From positions 36,157-100,156 of the forward strand of contig CAZEEW010000002.1 of assembly GCA_964511375.1 (NCBI GenBank): a stretch of 64,000 nucleotides of DNA, in the 5' to 3' direction. This DNA is from an uncultured Gammaproteobacteria bacterium. GTDB taxonomy: Bacteria > Patescibacteriota > Patescibacteriia > Magasanikbacterales > GWA2-37-8. Within the stretch, counting starts at the first letter, position 1; the number at the start of each line of letters is the position of its first letter. The notes under the pieces are model-generated. The model searched no databases. It was not told the DNA's origin and saw only the letters and a program-made list of their open reading frames with translations. Shown here piece by piece: positions 1-9,137 of this stretch. A program made the translations under genes and the position numbers.

Positions 1-1
1 A

Positions 2-115
2 ATCGTCTATAGGAATACTACTAACCAACACTTGCCAAAGCCTTACGCGAATAATTGGGAAGAAGTTGAAAAAATAGTACGAAAAGAATTCGAGGAGTGG
101 AAGAAGTTAAATTAG
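2..115 (+). CDS. 3' end of an unidentified gene (partial, runs off window start)
   Basis: Open frame from window edge to TAG at 113-115 (…EEVEKIVRKEFEEWKKLN*); followed by hairpin terminator. Confidence 0.3.
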   Translation: MVYRNTTNQHLPKPYANNWEEVEKIVRKEFEEWKKLN

Positions 116-118
116 TTA

Positions 119-152
119 AAAAAGAGTGGGTTACTTGCCCCACTCTTTTTTA
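119..152. terminator. Bidirectional rho-independent terminator (agagtggg…ccactct + T/A runs) shared by upstream gene and tgt
   Basis: GC stem-loop flanked by A-run and T-run; overlaps tgt stop codon. Confidence 0.6.
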
Positions 153-1372
153 AATTCTGGGAATCGATCGTCTACAATACTCTGTCGCATCTGTCGAACC
201 AGATTTAGCATGAAGTAAACATTGTGTAGCGTGATGTGTCGGAGTGCGCTTATTTCGTTTGCCCCTAACAAGTGGTGCAAATAAGCGCGCGAGTAACTCT
301 TACAAGTTGGGCATCCGCAATTTTCTTCAATCGGCTGACTGTCTTTCTCATGAGCAGCATTATTCAAATTAATTCGGTAACTATCTTCTTTGTTTTTTTG
401 CGGCTTAGAAACATAGGCAACACCGTGTCGGGCTAAGCGAGTTGGAGCAACGCAATCAAACATATCAATCCCTCGTTCCACAACTTCAAAGAAATCTAAA
501 GGAGATAGACCAAGCCCCATCGCATAATGTGGTTTGTTTTCTGGTAAGTACGGGTACACCCAGTCTAAAATATTTTTGGTTGCTTCCATGTTGTAACCAA
601 CCGATTCACCACCTAAAGCAATGCCATCAAAATCTTTGGATGCAATAAATCGGGCAGATTCTTCCCTCAGGGATTTAATATTTGAACCCTGGATAATGCC
701 GAATAAAAATCTTTGGTGTGGAGATTTAATAATTCCCTCCTTATTTTCTTTTAATTTTTTATGCTCCGTCAAACACCGTTCCGCCCAGCGATGGGTACGT
801 TCCATTGCCGCCCGGGTATATTCTTCAGGAATTGAGTCAGGTGTACATTCGTCAAAAGCCATAATAATGTCTGCCCCGATTTTGTGTTGGGTTTCAATGG
901 CTTTTTCGGGAGTAAAGCGATGAATACTGCCGTCAATATGTGAATGGAAAGTCACTCCTTCTTCATCGATCTCGACTAACTTAGCATTACTGCTCTTTTT
1001 TCCTTTATCTGTTTTTTCTTTTTGCAAACCTAGACTAAAAACTTGAAAACCACCGGAATCAGTGAGGATCGGGTGCGACCAATTCATAAATTTGTGCAGA
1101 CCGCCAAATTCGTTGACTAAGTCTTCACCTGGTCGTAAATGTAAGTGGTAATTGTTGCCAAGGATAATTTGCGCACCTAAATTTTCCAGATCTTTCGAAT
1201 CTAGTGTTTTGACGGTTGCTTGGGTGCCGACTGGCATAAAGACTGGTGTTTCAATATCTCCGTGGTCAGTATGCATTAAACCCGCTCTAGCACGCGTGTT
1301 TTTATCCTTGTGGATTAGTTGGAAAAATGTCATATTTTGCGCTAGTTTAAACCATTTTGATGATTTTGGCAA
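131..1372 (-). CDS. tgt: Queuine tRNA-ribosyltransferase
   Basis: MHTDHGDIETPVFMPVGTQATVK, DSGGFQ motifs and C-terminal CxCxxC…H zinc site (CGCPTCKSYSRAYLHHL). Confidence 0.9.
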   Translation of the reverse strand: MPKSSKWFKLAQNMTFFQLIHKDKNTRARAGLMHTDHGDIETPVFMPVGTQATVKTLDSKDLENLGAQIILGNNYHLHLRPGEDLVNEFGGLHKFMNWSHPILTDSGGFQVFSLGLQKEKTDKGKKSSNAKLVEIDEEGVTFHSHIDGSIHRFTPEKAIETQHKIGADIIMAFDECTPDSIPEEYTRAAMERTHRWAERCLTEHKKLKENKEGIIKSPHQRFLFGIIQGSNIKSLREESARFIASKDFDGIALGGESVGYNMEATKNILDWVYPYLPENKPHYAMGLGLSPLDFFEVVERGIDMFDCVAPTRLARHGVAYVSKPQKNKEDSYRINLNNAAHEKDSQPIEENCGCPTCKSYSRAYLHHLLGANEISALRHITLHNVYFMLNLVRQMRQSIVDDRFPEFKKEWGK

Positions 1373-1414
1373 GGTATGGTAAGATGAAGTACGTTTAATT
1401 AAAGAATTTATATT

Positions 1415-2077
1415 ATGCCCAATGAATATAATGGTTATGAAGAATTTATGGCAGCGTATGGTTTGCCAGGAGAGAGCGAAGAAACAAAAGAGAGAAGAGA
1501 GGGTAAAAGAAGTAAGTATAATCCTGGGGACAGGTTTAAGGTAAAGTATTCTCCATTTGGTGACCTCTCAGATCCAGAAAATCCGACGGTTCAAGAAAAT
1601 GAAACAAAGCAATTTTATACTTTAGAAGGCGAAGAAGCCATTCTTACGAAAGCCGGTGCGGCTTTATTGAGTGCTGAGTATAGTAAAATGAGGGATAATA
1701 TGAGATCTAATGCTTTGAGAAAGACCTTAGATGTGCCGGGAAAAGGCCGCCAAAGAGATGTTCCCGTCGCCAGACTTAACACAGAGAAGAGATTTGCCTG
1801 GAGAGAAGAATTTAAACAGCTATTAGGGCCAGAGACGCTTGAACTTATGACTAAATATGAGATAACCGCGAAAGTAATAGTTAAAAATGAGGGGACAGAA
1901 GAATACACTCTTCAATTAATACAAGGCGGCGGAATCCTCCTGAAGGAGTATGATTTTAATAGAAATAGTTTTGATAAGGTTTGTAGTAAGGCTATCGCCT
2001 TTATCCAAAGCCAGACAGAAAGTACCGATGGTGAGGGTGCCCAAGAACGGAAAAGTTTTAAACGCAAGCGGAAGTAA
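1415..2077 (+). CDS. Hypothetical charged protein (220 aa), divergent from tgt
   Basis: Long ORF, K/E-rich, no recognisable motif. Confidence 0.5.
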   Translation: MPNEYNGYEEFMAAYGLPGESEETKERREGKRSKYNPGDRFKVKYSPFGDLSDPENPTVQENETKQFYTLEGEEAILTKAGAALLSAEYSKMRDNMRSNALRKTLDVPGKGRQRDVPVARLNTEKRFAWREEFKQLLGPETLELMTKYEITAKVIVKNEGTEEYTLQLIQGGGILLKEYDFNRNSFDKVCSKAIAFIQSQTESTDGEGAQERKSFKRKRK

Positions 2078-2079
2078 AA

Positions 2080-4104
2080 ATGCAAGATTTCACACACGAA
2101 CTTAACCAGGAACAACTAGCCGTCGTTTTACAAGGCGACGGTCCTTGTTTGGTGTTAGCTGGAGCCGGTAGTGGGAAAACTCGGGTTATTACTTACCGCG
2201 TAGCGTATTTGCTTGCCAATGGTACAAGACCAGAAGAAATTCTTTTGGTAACTTTTACCAATAAAGCCGCTGGTGAGATGCTTTCTCGCGTTCAGAAAAT
2301 CACCGGCCATACTGAGCACTTGCCTTGGGCCGGTACTTTCCACCATGTAGCAAATAAAATCTTGCGTCAGTATGCGCCTCTGGTTGGTTATAAAAACAAT
2401 TTTACAATTTTAGACACTGATGACAGCGAGGCACTCCTTAAACTTTGTATTAAAGAATATAAGGATGAAAAGATGGGGAAAAGATTCCCGTCAGCGAAAG
2501 TTTTGAAAGACATTTTCAGTTATGCGAGGAATGCTGAAACTACTGTTGATGACGTGATCGATCGTCGCCATCCAGATTGGTATATTTATGCCGAAAAGAT
2601 CAAGGATATTTGGAGCGCCTATGAACGACGCAAAAAAGAGGCTAATGCCATGGATTTTGATGATCTCCTCTTTAATCTTCTCTTACTTTTAAACCAAGAA
2701 AAAGTTATTGCCAAATTCGCTGATCAATTTAGATATGTTTTAGTCGACGAATACCAGGACACTAATCGATTGCAGGCTTCGATCATCAGTAAATTAGCCA
2801 TAAAACATAAAAATCTTTTGGTCGTGGGAGACGATGCTCAAAGCATCTATTCTTTTCGAGCGGCTGATGTGCAAAATATTTTAGGTTTTAGTAAGGTTTA
2901 CCCAGACGCTAGGGTGTTTAAACTGGAAACCAATTACCGTTCTCATCAAGAAATTTTAAATTTAGCCAATGACGTTATCGCGAATAATTTTAAGCAGCTA
3001 AAGAAAAATCTTCGTACCGCCTTTGAACAAAAGACTAGTTTAGAAAAACCCGCTCTTCATCCCCAAATAGATGAAGCGGACGAAGCCGAGTTTGTAGTCA
3101 GAGAAATTAAAAAGCTAAAAGATAAGGGGGTAAGGCCAGAAGAAATTGCCGTGCTGTTTCGGGCGGCTGGTCATGCCCAGCGTTTAGAAATGGAGTTAGT
3201 AAAAGCCAATATCCCTTATGATTTTCGTGGTGGCCTCAGATTTTTTGAGCGGGCTCATGTTAAAGATGTCTTGTCGTATTTAAGGCTTTTAACCAATCTG
3301 TCTGATACAGCCGCTTGGATGCGAGTGCTTTTACACGAAGAAGGAATTGGCCCAACTGGTGCAACCAAGATTGCGAGTGAAGTAAAAAGATTGGTTGATG
3401 CTCGAGAAATTCTGGGGTTAGATTTGGTTGGGGTATCTGAAAAAGCGAAAGTTGGTTGGAATAACTTTGTAAATATTTTCCGCACCCTTATTAATACTGG
3501 CGCCAAACCCAGTGAATTAATTTCTGCTCTTATTGATTCGCCTTATCGCGATTACCTAGAGACCGAGTTTATTGACGCCGATGAACGAATTGAGGATTTG
3601 GAAGAAATGGCTGGCTTTGCCAGTCAATATGGTACGGTCGAGGATTTTCTAGCTGAGGCAACTTTGCAGGAAAGTTTTATTTTGCAAAAGGATCGTACGA
3701 GTAGCCCGAAGGACAAAGTAATTCTTTCCACCATCCATCAGGCTAAAGGTTTGGAGTGGGAAGCGGTATTTGTCATTAACCTAACCAACGGTGCTTTCCC
3801 TAATGAACGAGCTCTTAAAGAAGACGGTGGTCTAGAAGAAGAGCGTCGTCTGTTTTACGTTGCGGTTACACGTGCAAAAAAACATTTGTTCCTTACTTAC
3901 CCCATGGAACAAAAAGGCTGGGGTGGTCTGGGTGGCCCGAGCCTATTCTTAGATGAAATTGACCGAGATCTTATCGATGATCACTCTTTGCTAGGTGGAA
4001 GTAACTATACCGTGCTAAATGACGACGACGTTACCTACGAGCCAGAGGATCGCCCTTTAAGAATTAAACCCGGCAGTTTCTTACGTGACGTTGACGACCT
4101 CTAG
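2080..4104 (+). CDS. uvrD: ATP-dependent DNA helicase, UvrD/PcrA family
   Basis: Walker A AGAGSGKT, DEYQDTN, helicase motif VGDDAQSIYSFR, C-terminal TRAKK motif. Confidence 0.88.
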   Translation: MQDFTHELNQEQLAVVLQGDGPCLVLAGAGSGKTRVITYRVAYLLANGTRPEEILLVTFTNKAAGEMLSRVQKITGHTEHLPWAGTFHHVANKILRQYAPLVGYKNNFTILDTDDSEALLKLCIKEYKDEKMGKRFPSAKVLKDIFSYARNAETTVDDVIDRRHPDWYIYAEKIKDIWSAYERRKKEANAMDFDDLLFNLLLLLNQEKVIAKFADQFRYVLVDEYQDTNRLQASIISKLAIKHKNLLVVGDDAQSIYSFRAADVQNILGFSKVYPDARVFKLETNYRSHQEILNLANDVIANNFKQLKKNLRTAFEQKTSLEKPALHPQIDEADEAEFVVREIKKLKDKGVRPEEIAVLFRAAGHAQRLEMELVKANIPYDFRGGLRFFERAHVKDVLSYLRLLTNLSDTAAWMRVLLHEEGIGPTGATKIASEVKRLVDAREILGLDLVGVSEKAKVGWNNFVNIFRTLINTGAKPSELISALIDSPYRDYLETEFIDADERIEDLEEMAGFASQYGTVEDFLAEATLQESFILQKDRTSSPKDKVILSTIHQAKGLEWEAVFVINLTNGAFPNERALKEDGGLEEERRLFYVAVTRAKKHLFLTYPMEQKGWGGLGGPSLFLDEIDRDLIDDHSLLGGSNYTVLNDDDVTYEPEDRPLRIKPGSFLRDVDDL

Positions 4105-5507
4105 GCCTTGCTCATCACCCTGAAGCCAAGCTCTTTCCCACGCTTGGCTAGTTTTTTTGTTGGCTTAACCAGGGTAGCGTGTTTGACCACGCGGAGCATG
4201 CCAAAGTCATGCCAAGAATTGCCATAGGCAAAGCTTTTGCCGAGATCAATCTGGTATTCATGGGCCAGATCAACAATTTTTTCTTTCTTAAAATCGTCTT
4301 TCATAATATGCCCAACTACCCGCCCGGTGAATCTTCCTTCTTTTATTTCCGCCCGGGTGCCGTAGCTCGGTATTCCAAGCCAGGTAGCAATTGGCTTCAA
4401 AATTTCTTCTGGCTCTTCGCTCACGATAAACAATAAATTATTCTCCTTGCGGTGTAAGTCTAAGGCCTCGAGCATTTTTGGGAAGAATATATTTGTGTTT
4501 TTTTTATCTAAGTTCTCGTAGAAGTTTCCGATTAATTCTTCTGCCGAAACCCCGCGCAAAGATTTAATTGCTTGTAAATAAAACCACCCATGTTTTTTGA
4601 ATAGTTGGATTAGACCAAGATGGAGAAGCTGTAAGAATAAGCGGGGCGATTTTTTTCGCCAGACGTAGTTTAAAACTATTTCTTGGTAAATATTTTTTTT
4701 AGTTAAAGTCCCATCCAGGTCAAAGAATGCGGCTCGGATCCCTTCTGGATAATGAGGTATACTTTTTTCCGTAACGTATCTCTTTGGTAAGTGTTGGATA
4801 ATTATTTCTTCAATCACCTGGATATCCCGTATCTCGTCTTGTGCTACTTCGTGTAAAAGTATGGGTTTTTCAATCGTTATTTCTAATCCAGTTGGACTAA
4901 GTAGAAATTTGCCAGGTGGGAAAAGTTGGTCAGCCCCTTTTAACACCACTGGCACCACTGGACACTTGGCTTGTAGCGCTATTTTTGCCACCCCAGCGTG
5001 GAAGGGGAGAAGTTTGTGTTTGTACTCACGTGTACCTTCGGGAAAGATTAATAATGATTGACCATTTTGAATTATCTCTACTCCGTTTTTTACCACTTGC
5101 TCGTGGTGTAGGGCGCTTTTGTATTTAAGCTCTTCAAAAATGTCTCTGGCCACCTCAAAGTATTGCATTTTTCTAAACCAGGGAGCAATGGGGAAGGGGA
5201 AAACACCAAACGGTGCCGTAACGGCAATAAACGGCCGGCGTACCAGATGAGAAATAATAAGACCATCTAGATAGCTTTGGTGATTGGCGCAGAATACGGC
5301 TGCCCCGTCTGGAATATTTTCAAGTCCATGTACTTTAATTTTGATTCGACAGGCTTTAAACAAGTTATCTATTACTTTAAGGGATAGGACACGCCATTCT
5401 AACGGACCTTGTTTGTTTGTTAAAATGCCGTATACATAGTAAAGAATAAGTAGACCAGCAAAGACAGAATAGAAATACAATGTAAAAAGAAGATTTTTAA
5501 TTTTCAT
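4101..5507 (-). CDS. Fusion protein: 1-acyl-sn-glycerol-3-phosphate acyltransferase (PlsC-like) N-terminal domain + HAD-superfamily (SerB-like) phosphatase C-terminal domain
   Basis: N-terminal TM, HX4D (NHQSYLDG) and FPEGTR acyltransferase motifs; then HAD motif I FFDLDGTLT and motif IV GNSWHDFGML. Confidence 0.7.
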   Translation of the reverse strand: MKIKNLLFTLYFYSVFAGLLILYYVYGILTNKQGPLEWRVLSLKVIDNLFKACRIKIKVHGLENIPDGAAVFCANHQSYLDGLIISHLVRRPFIAVTAPFGVFPFPIAPWFRKMQYFEVARDIFEELKYKSALHHEQVVKNGVEIIQNGQSLLIFPEGTREYKHKLLPFHAGVAKIALQAKCPVVPVVLKGADQLFPPGKFLLSPTGLEITIEKPILLHEVAQDEIRDIQVIEEIIIQHLPKRYVTEKSIPHYPEGIRAAFFDLDGTLTKKNIYQEIVLNYVWRKKSPRLFLQLLHLGLIQLFKKHGWFYLQAIKSLRGVSAEELIGNFYENLDKKNTNIFFPKMLEALDLHRKENNLLFIVSEEPEEILKPIATWLGIPSYGTRAEIKEGRFTGRVVGHIMKDDFKKEKIVDLAHEYQIDLGKSFAYGNSWHDFGMLRVVKHATLVKPTKKLAKRGKELGFRVMSKA

Positions 5508-7137
5508 AATTCTCGTTAACAGTATTTAATAACGAATATACTTTCTGTTCCCCCATACCTTTAAGATGCAAAGTCCTTTCTTCATACTGGAATTTCTCCA
5601 TTAAGAAGTTTTTTAACTCCCGACCCAAGAGTATTTCGTTTTTTTCGGCATTCTGACACAACCGGGCGGCGTAGTTTACAGTTTCGCCTAAGAAATCCCA
5701 GATCCGTTCATGCTCGGGTCCCACTTCCCCGGAAATAAATTCACCGTATTCTAAACCTACTCGCAGTTGCCAGCCCATCTGGTTAACTAGAGATACTAAT
5801 TTCTGCGCCGCCTCGAGCGCATTTACACACAGAGCCGGGTAATCCTCGTCATCTTTGTACCCACCAAAGACAACCATAATTCCATCGCCTAGATATTTGT
5901 AAACCCAGCCACCGCGTGACTTAACCACACTGTTAGACAGATCAAAGAAACGATTTAAGTCATTTAACATTTCAGTAATGTTGGCGGCCTCATGTACACG
6001 ACCCGAAAAATTGACTAGGTCAGCAAACAAAACTACACCACGATTACGACTCGGTGGCAATTTTTTTGTCGTCATGAGATTAACCAGATCTTCTGGCAAG
6101 TGTGAAGCAAGAATTTGGCTTAGTTGGTTTTTTAATTTTTCAACCTGTCGTTTTTCGTCAGTGATAATCTTGTTTCGCTCTTTAATGGTTTCTTCTAATT
6201 CCTGCGCGTAACTTTGAAAGTAACTAATGCGCTCTTCCAGGTCTTTAAAAGAAACATTAGTTTTTGCAAAAGGATGGGCCAAATTTTTTAGACGCTGTGT
6301 AAAAGGTAAATGCTCCCAACTAATTTTAATAATAAAATACGGCACGTTATATATTTGCCCGGGAATAAGTAGAGGATAGGTTTTATACCAGAGTTCTTTG
6401 GTAATAAGCACACCTTTAGTGGCAAATGGACTTTCGACCGGTTTGGTTTTGCCAAGGCATAGTGAGCCGAGAGAAGTTTCTTCGTTTACCAATTCGACGA
6501 CCTCACCGTAGACCGTATCTTCAATGTACAGTTTATCGTTTCTAAGTTCAGCAAAGATTTGGAATTGGTTACGAAGGAGTTTTACCACATCATATTGCAA
6601 GATTACCTCCTCAACTCTAGCCGGAGGTAAATTCCAGATCTTTGGTAAGCTGGAAAAAACACCTTTCACAAGTGGGCCAGAGATAAAGTCTTCTTCAATG
6701 TCTATACCGCCTCGGAAGCGTACGCGCAGGTAAGCCATGTTCTGGCCGCAAGAAATTACCTCCATGTACTTGGTTCGGTTGAAAAACTGGTTGTATTCAG
6801 GAATTTTTTTAATAACAAAACTGGGATCGGCGAAAGTCGAACCGATTAGCCTCTTCAAAATCTCGACAATGCCAAGCCCCCCTTCCTCAGTGGCCAAAAG
6901 CCCAATCTGGTAAAAGATGTTTGGGTCGTTGTCGATTAAATGCTGAACCCGACTGCAAAGTTTTAAGAAAGTAGGAAGCGAAATCCAATGATCAGGGTTT
7001 TTTAAATAGTCGGCAGGGTAGCCTAAATTATCTAAAATGTCATTTTCAGATAATCCTTTTTTGCGACAATATGTTAGTACAAGACCAACATTACGGTTGC
7101 AAACCAAAAGCTCCTCCTTTTCGTAGGATTTCTCCAT
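5497..7137 (-). CDS. Class III adenylate/guanylate cyclase domain protein with unknown N-terminal domain
   Basis: C-terminal cyclase homology domain: VVLFADLVNFSG … KYLGDGIMVVFGG … NYAARL. Confidence 0.7.
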   Translation of the reverse strand: MEKSYEKEELLVCNRNVGLVLTYCRKKGLSENDILDNLGYPADYLKNPDHWISLPTFLKLCSRVQHLIDNDPNIFYQIGLLATEEGGLGIVEILKRLIGSTFADPSFVIKKIPEYNQFFNRTKYMEVISCGQNMAYLRVRFRGGIDIEEDFISGPLVKGVFSSLPKIWNLPPARVEEVILQYDVVKLLRNQFQIFAELRNDKLYIEDTVYGEVVELVNEETSLGSLCLGKTKPVESPFATKGVLITKELWYKTYPLLIPGQIYNVPYFIIKISWEHLPFTQRLKNLAHPFAKTNVSFKDLEERISYFQSYAQELEETIKERNKIITDEKRQVEKLKNQLSQILASHLPEDLVNLMTTKKLPPSRNRGVVLFADLVNFSGRVHEAANITEMLNDLNRFFDLSNSVVKSRGGWVYKYLGDGIMVVFGGYKDDEDYPALCVNALEAAQKLVSLVNQMGWQLRVGLEYGEFISGEVGPEHERIWDFLGETVNYAARLCQNAEKNEILLGRELKNFLMEKFQYEERTLHLKGMGEQKVYSLLNTVNENYEN

Positions 7138-7242
7138 AAAGTCAATTATTGTCCACTCGGTATATTACTGCTTTTTAGTGGAAAACACAATATACAATTT
7201 GTCAACTTTCGCAGAAAGAAGCGATGTGTTAAAATATATCCA

Positions 7243-8055
7243 ATGTTAAATTATCATTTATATATGAAATACATTGCAAGATTGGGGTTAATAATAGGTG
7301 TAGTGTTATTGCTCGGTGCTTCTTGTGTTCCACAAGGGAATCAAGTACCAAGAACGAATACTCCTGTAAACAATAATGTAGCAAGCACAACAGACTCAAA
7401 TTCTGTCAATTCTGAAGTGCGTAACTCTGCTCCAACTGTTACGGGTTTACCCAAAGCGACTACAACTAGACCAGTAGTTAAACCCGTTACAACTTCCACT
7501 AATCCCTTGCCCTGCAATTCAAATGCTCAGTGTGTGTCTGGTAAGTTGTGTGTTAATAGCGAGTGCGTTCCAGCGGAAACGGTTCTACCAAAAGATCCAG
7601 TAACTGGTGAATTGCTCTGCAACAACAATGCCCAGTGTATTCCTGGGAAGCTTTGTGTGAACCAACACTGTGTACCAGCTGAGACCGCGCTCCCCACCAA
7701 TACCACCACCGGACAATTGCTTTGTAGTAATGATGCCCAATGTGTCCACGGTAAGGTTTGTGTTAATGGGAATTGTGTGGCTTCTTCTACAACTTCAAAA
7801 AGCTTGCCATCAGTTACTAATTGCTCATCAGATAGCCAGTGTAAAACCGGCGAAGCTTGTTTCCAGGGACGATGTACTACTGTGCCAGCAACCTGTAAGT
7901 ACCATACGGAATGTTTAAGCGATGATTATGTTTGTAGTAACGGGACCTGTGTTTGGCCAGGCTCAAGTGGTCATACTTGTCAGAATTCTTCCGGTGAAAG
8001 ATGGCATTGTCTGAATACCCAGAAGTGTGGAGTCAAAGAATTTGAGTGTATATAA
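7243..8055 (+). CDS. Secreted/lipoprotein-like cysteine-rich repeat protein
   Basis: N-terminal signal/lipobox-like LLGASC; S/T/N-rich linker; 3-4 tandem ~35-aa repeats CxxxAQCxxGKxCVNxxCV; alternative start at M8 (7264). Confidence 0.65.
   Translation: MLNYHLYMKYIARLGLIIGVVLLLGASCVPQGNQVPRTNTPVNNNVASTTDSNSVNSEVRNSAPTVTGLPKATTTRPVVKPVTTSTNPLPCNSNAQCVSGKLCVNSECVPAETVLPKDPVTGELLCNNNAQCIPGKLCVNQHCVPAETALPTNTTTGQLLCSNDAQCVHGKVCVNGNCVASSTTSKSLPSVTNCSSDSQCKTGEACFQGRCTTVPATCKYHTECLSDDYVCSNGTCVWPGSSGHTCQNSSGERWHCLNTQKCGVKEFECI
7510..7810 (+). repeat. In-frame degenerate tandem repeats (~105 bp x3) encoding the Cys-rich modules
   Basis: tgcaa(t/c)…aatgc(t/c)cagtgt…ggtaag(t/c)t(t/g)tgtgt(t/g)aa repeated at ~7510, ~7615, ~7720. 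Confidence 0.7.
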
Positions 8056-8068
8056 TTTATCGTAAAAT

Positions 8069-8105
8069 AAACACACCACCAGCTAAACTGGTGGTGTGTT
8101 ATATA
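8069..8105. terminator. Hairpin acacaccaccag/ctggtggtgtgt after Cys-rich gene; start of GC-rich islet 1
   Basis: 12-bp perfect stem, short loop. Confidence 0.5.
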
Positions 8106-8217
8106 CTAAATTCCTGTTCACGCGTATCTCCTTGTTATTCCCCCAAAACTTTAGGAAAATAACGGGCGGCGCGAACGAGGAACTTCGAGGTGGAGAATGC
8201 CACCCGTTGGCGATCGG

Positions 8218-8478
8218 TCAGTAGGTGTAACCTAGCTGCCGACGCCGTTCAGCTTCCGCGCGACGCTCGCGCTCCGCCGGTGCGAGCTTTTCGCACCGCG
8301 GGAGGAGGTTGCAGTCGAAGCAGGTCGACTGGACCTGCCCACCCATGGCGCGGGTGACGCGCTCGACGAAGTCGTGGCACGGGCTGTTCTTCAGTCCGCC
8401 GGCCCTCTTCCTCTCTTGGCCGGCCTTCCTCGTGGCTTCCCGGACTCTCTCGCGAGCCCGCCGCTGTTTCGCTCCCAT
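8218..8478 (-). CDS. GC-rich islet 1: small Arg/Lys-rich protein with Cys cluster (putative zinc-ribbon), 86 aa from ATG (TTG-extended ORF to 8529)
   Basis: ~65% GC segment 8150-8545 in a ~40% GC genome; GGAG 5 nt upstream of ATG; C-x17-C-x2-C-x5-C. Confidence 0.45.
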   Translation of the reverse strand: MGAKQRRARERVREATRKAGQERKRAGGLKNSPCHDFVERVTRAMGGQVQSTCFDCNLLPRCEKLAPAERERRAEAERRRQLGYTY

Positions 8479-8578
8479 GGCTTCTCCATGCACCCAGTAA
8501 ACCGGGGTGCCTCGGTGGACAATATACAACCACTATTTTATCTTGTTGTCAATTGTTTGTTTGCTGGGCTAACTAGGT

Positions 8579-8613
8579 ATTGACAAAAGACAGGGGATAT
8601 AGTAGAATTTCCG
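8579..8613 (+). promoter_or_regulatory. Sigma70-like promoter for rpsL-rpsG-fusA (TTGACA-17-TAGAAT)
   Basis: ttgacaaaagacaggggatatagtagaat. Confidence 0.55.
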
Positions 8614-8684
8614 CAGAACGTTGAACAAAAATCTCGTGGCTGAGCAATTTCGTTCAGCTTTTTTGTATCCAAGTTAATTTATTT

Positions 8685-9113
8685 ATGCCTACATTAAACC
8701 AAATAATGCGCAAAGGCCGAACCCCAAAGGTTCAAAAAACCAAGTCTCCGGCCTTGCAATTTACGGTCGACAACTTACACCGTAAGAAAACAGTTTTTGC
8801 AAAGGGAACCAGTTTTAAGCGTGGTGTTTGTACCAAGGTGTACACCACTACTCCTAAAAAACCAAACTCTGCTTTGCGTAAAGTTGCCAAAGTTCGTTTG
8901 TCCAATGGTATGGAAGTTATCGCTTACATTCCAGGCGAAGGACACAATCTTCAGGAACACTCTATCGTCCTTATCCGCGGTGGTCGTGTAAAAGACTTAC
9001 CAGGTGTCCGCTACCACATTGTACGCGGTGTTTATGATACTCAAGGTGTAGAAAAGAGACGACGTGGTCGCAGTCGTTATGGTGCCAAGAGACCGAAAGA
9101 AGCGAAAAAGTAA
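8685..9113 (+). CDS. rpsL: 30S ribosomal protein S12
   Basis: MPTLNQ…KGR…[10 protein letters not shown] hallmark. Confidence 0.95.
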   Translation: MPTLNQIMRKGRTPKVQKTKSPALQFTVDNLHRKKTVFAKGTSFKRGVCTKVYTTTPKKPNSALRKVAKVRLSNGMEVIAYIPGEGHNLQEHSIVLIRGGRVKDLPGVRYHIVRGVYDTQGVEKRRRGRSRYGAKRPKEAKK

Positions 9114-9137
9114 TCTGTATTAGTAATCTAGAATATT

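Noticed and set aside
7510-7810. Tandem ~105-bp repeats as a CRISPR array or VNTR
   Set aside because: Repeats are degenerate, in-frame and encode the Cys-rich protein modules. There are no uniform spacers and no cas genes.
8150-8545. GC-rich islets as structured housekeeping RNAs (RNase P RNA, tmRNA, SRP RNA, 6S), which usually stand out as GC-rich in AT-rich genomes
   Set aside because: No GGAAAGTCCGG/ACAGAAA (RNase P), no tRNA-like GGTTCGAWTCC 3' domain (tmRNA), no GGAAGCAGCC-type SRP motif. Each islet instead has an SD-led ORF filling most of its length.
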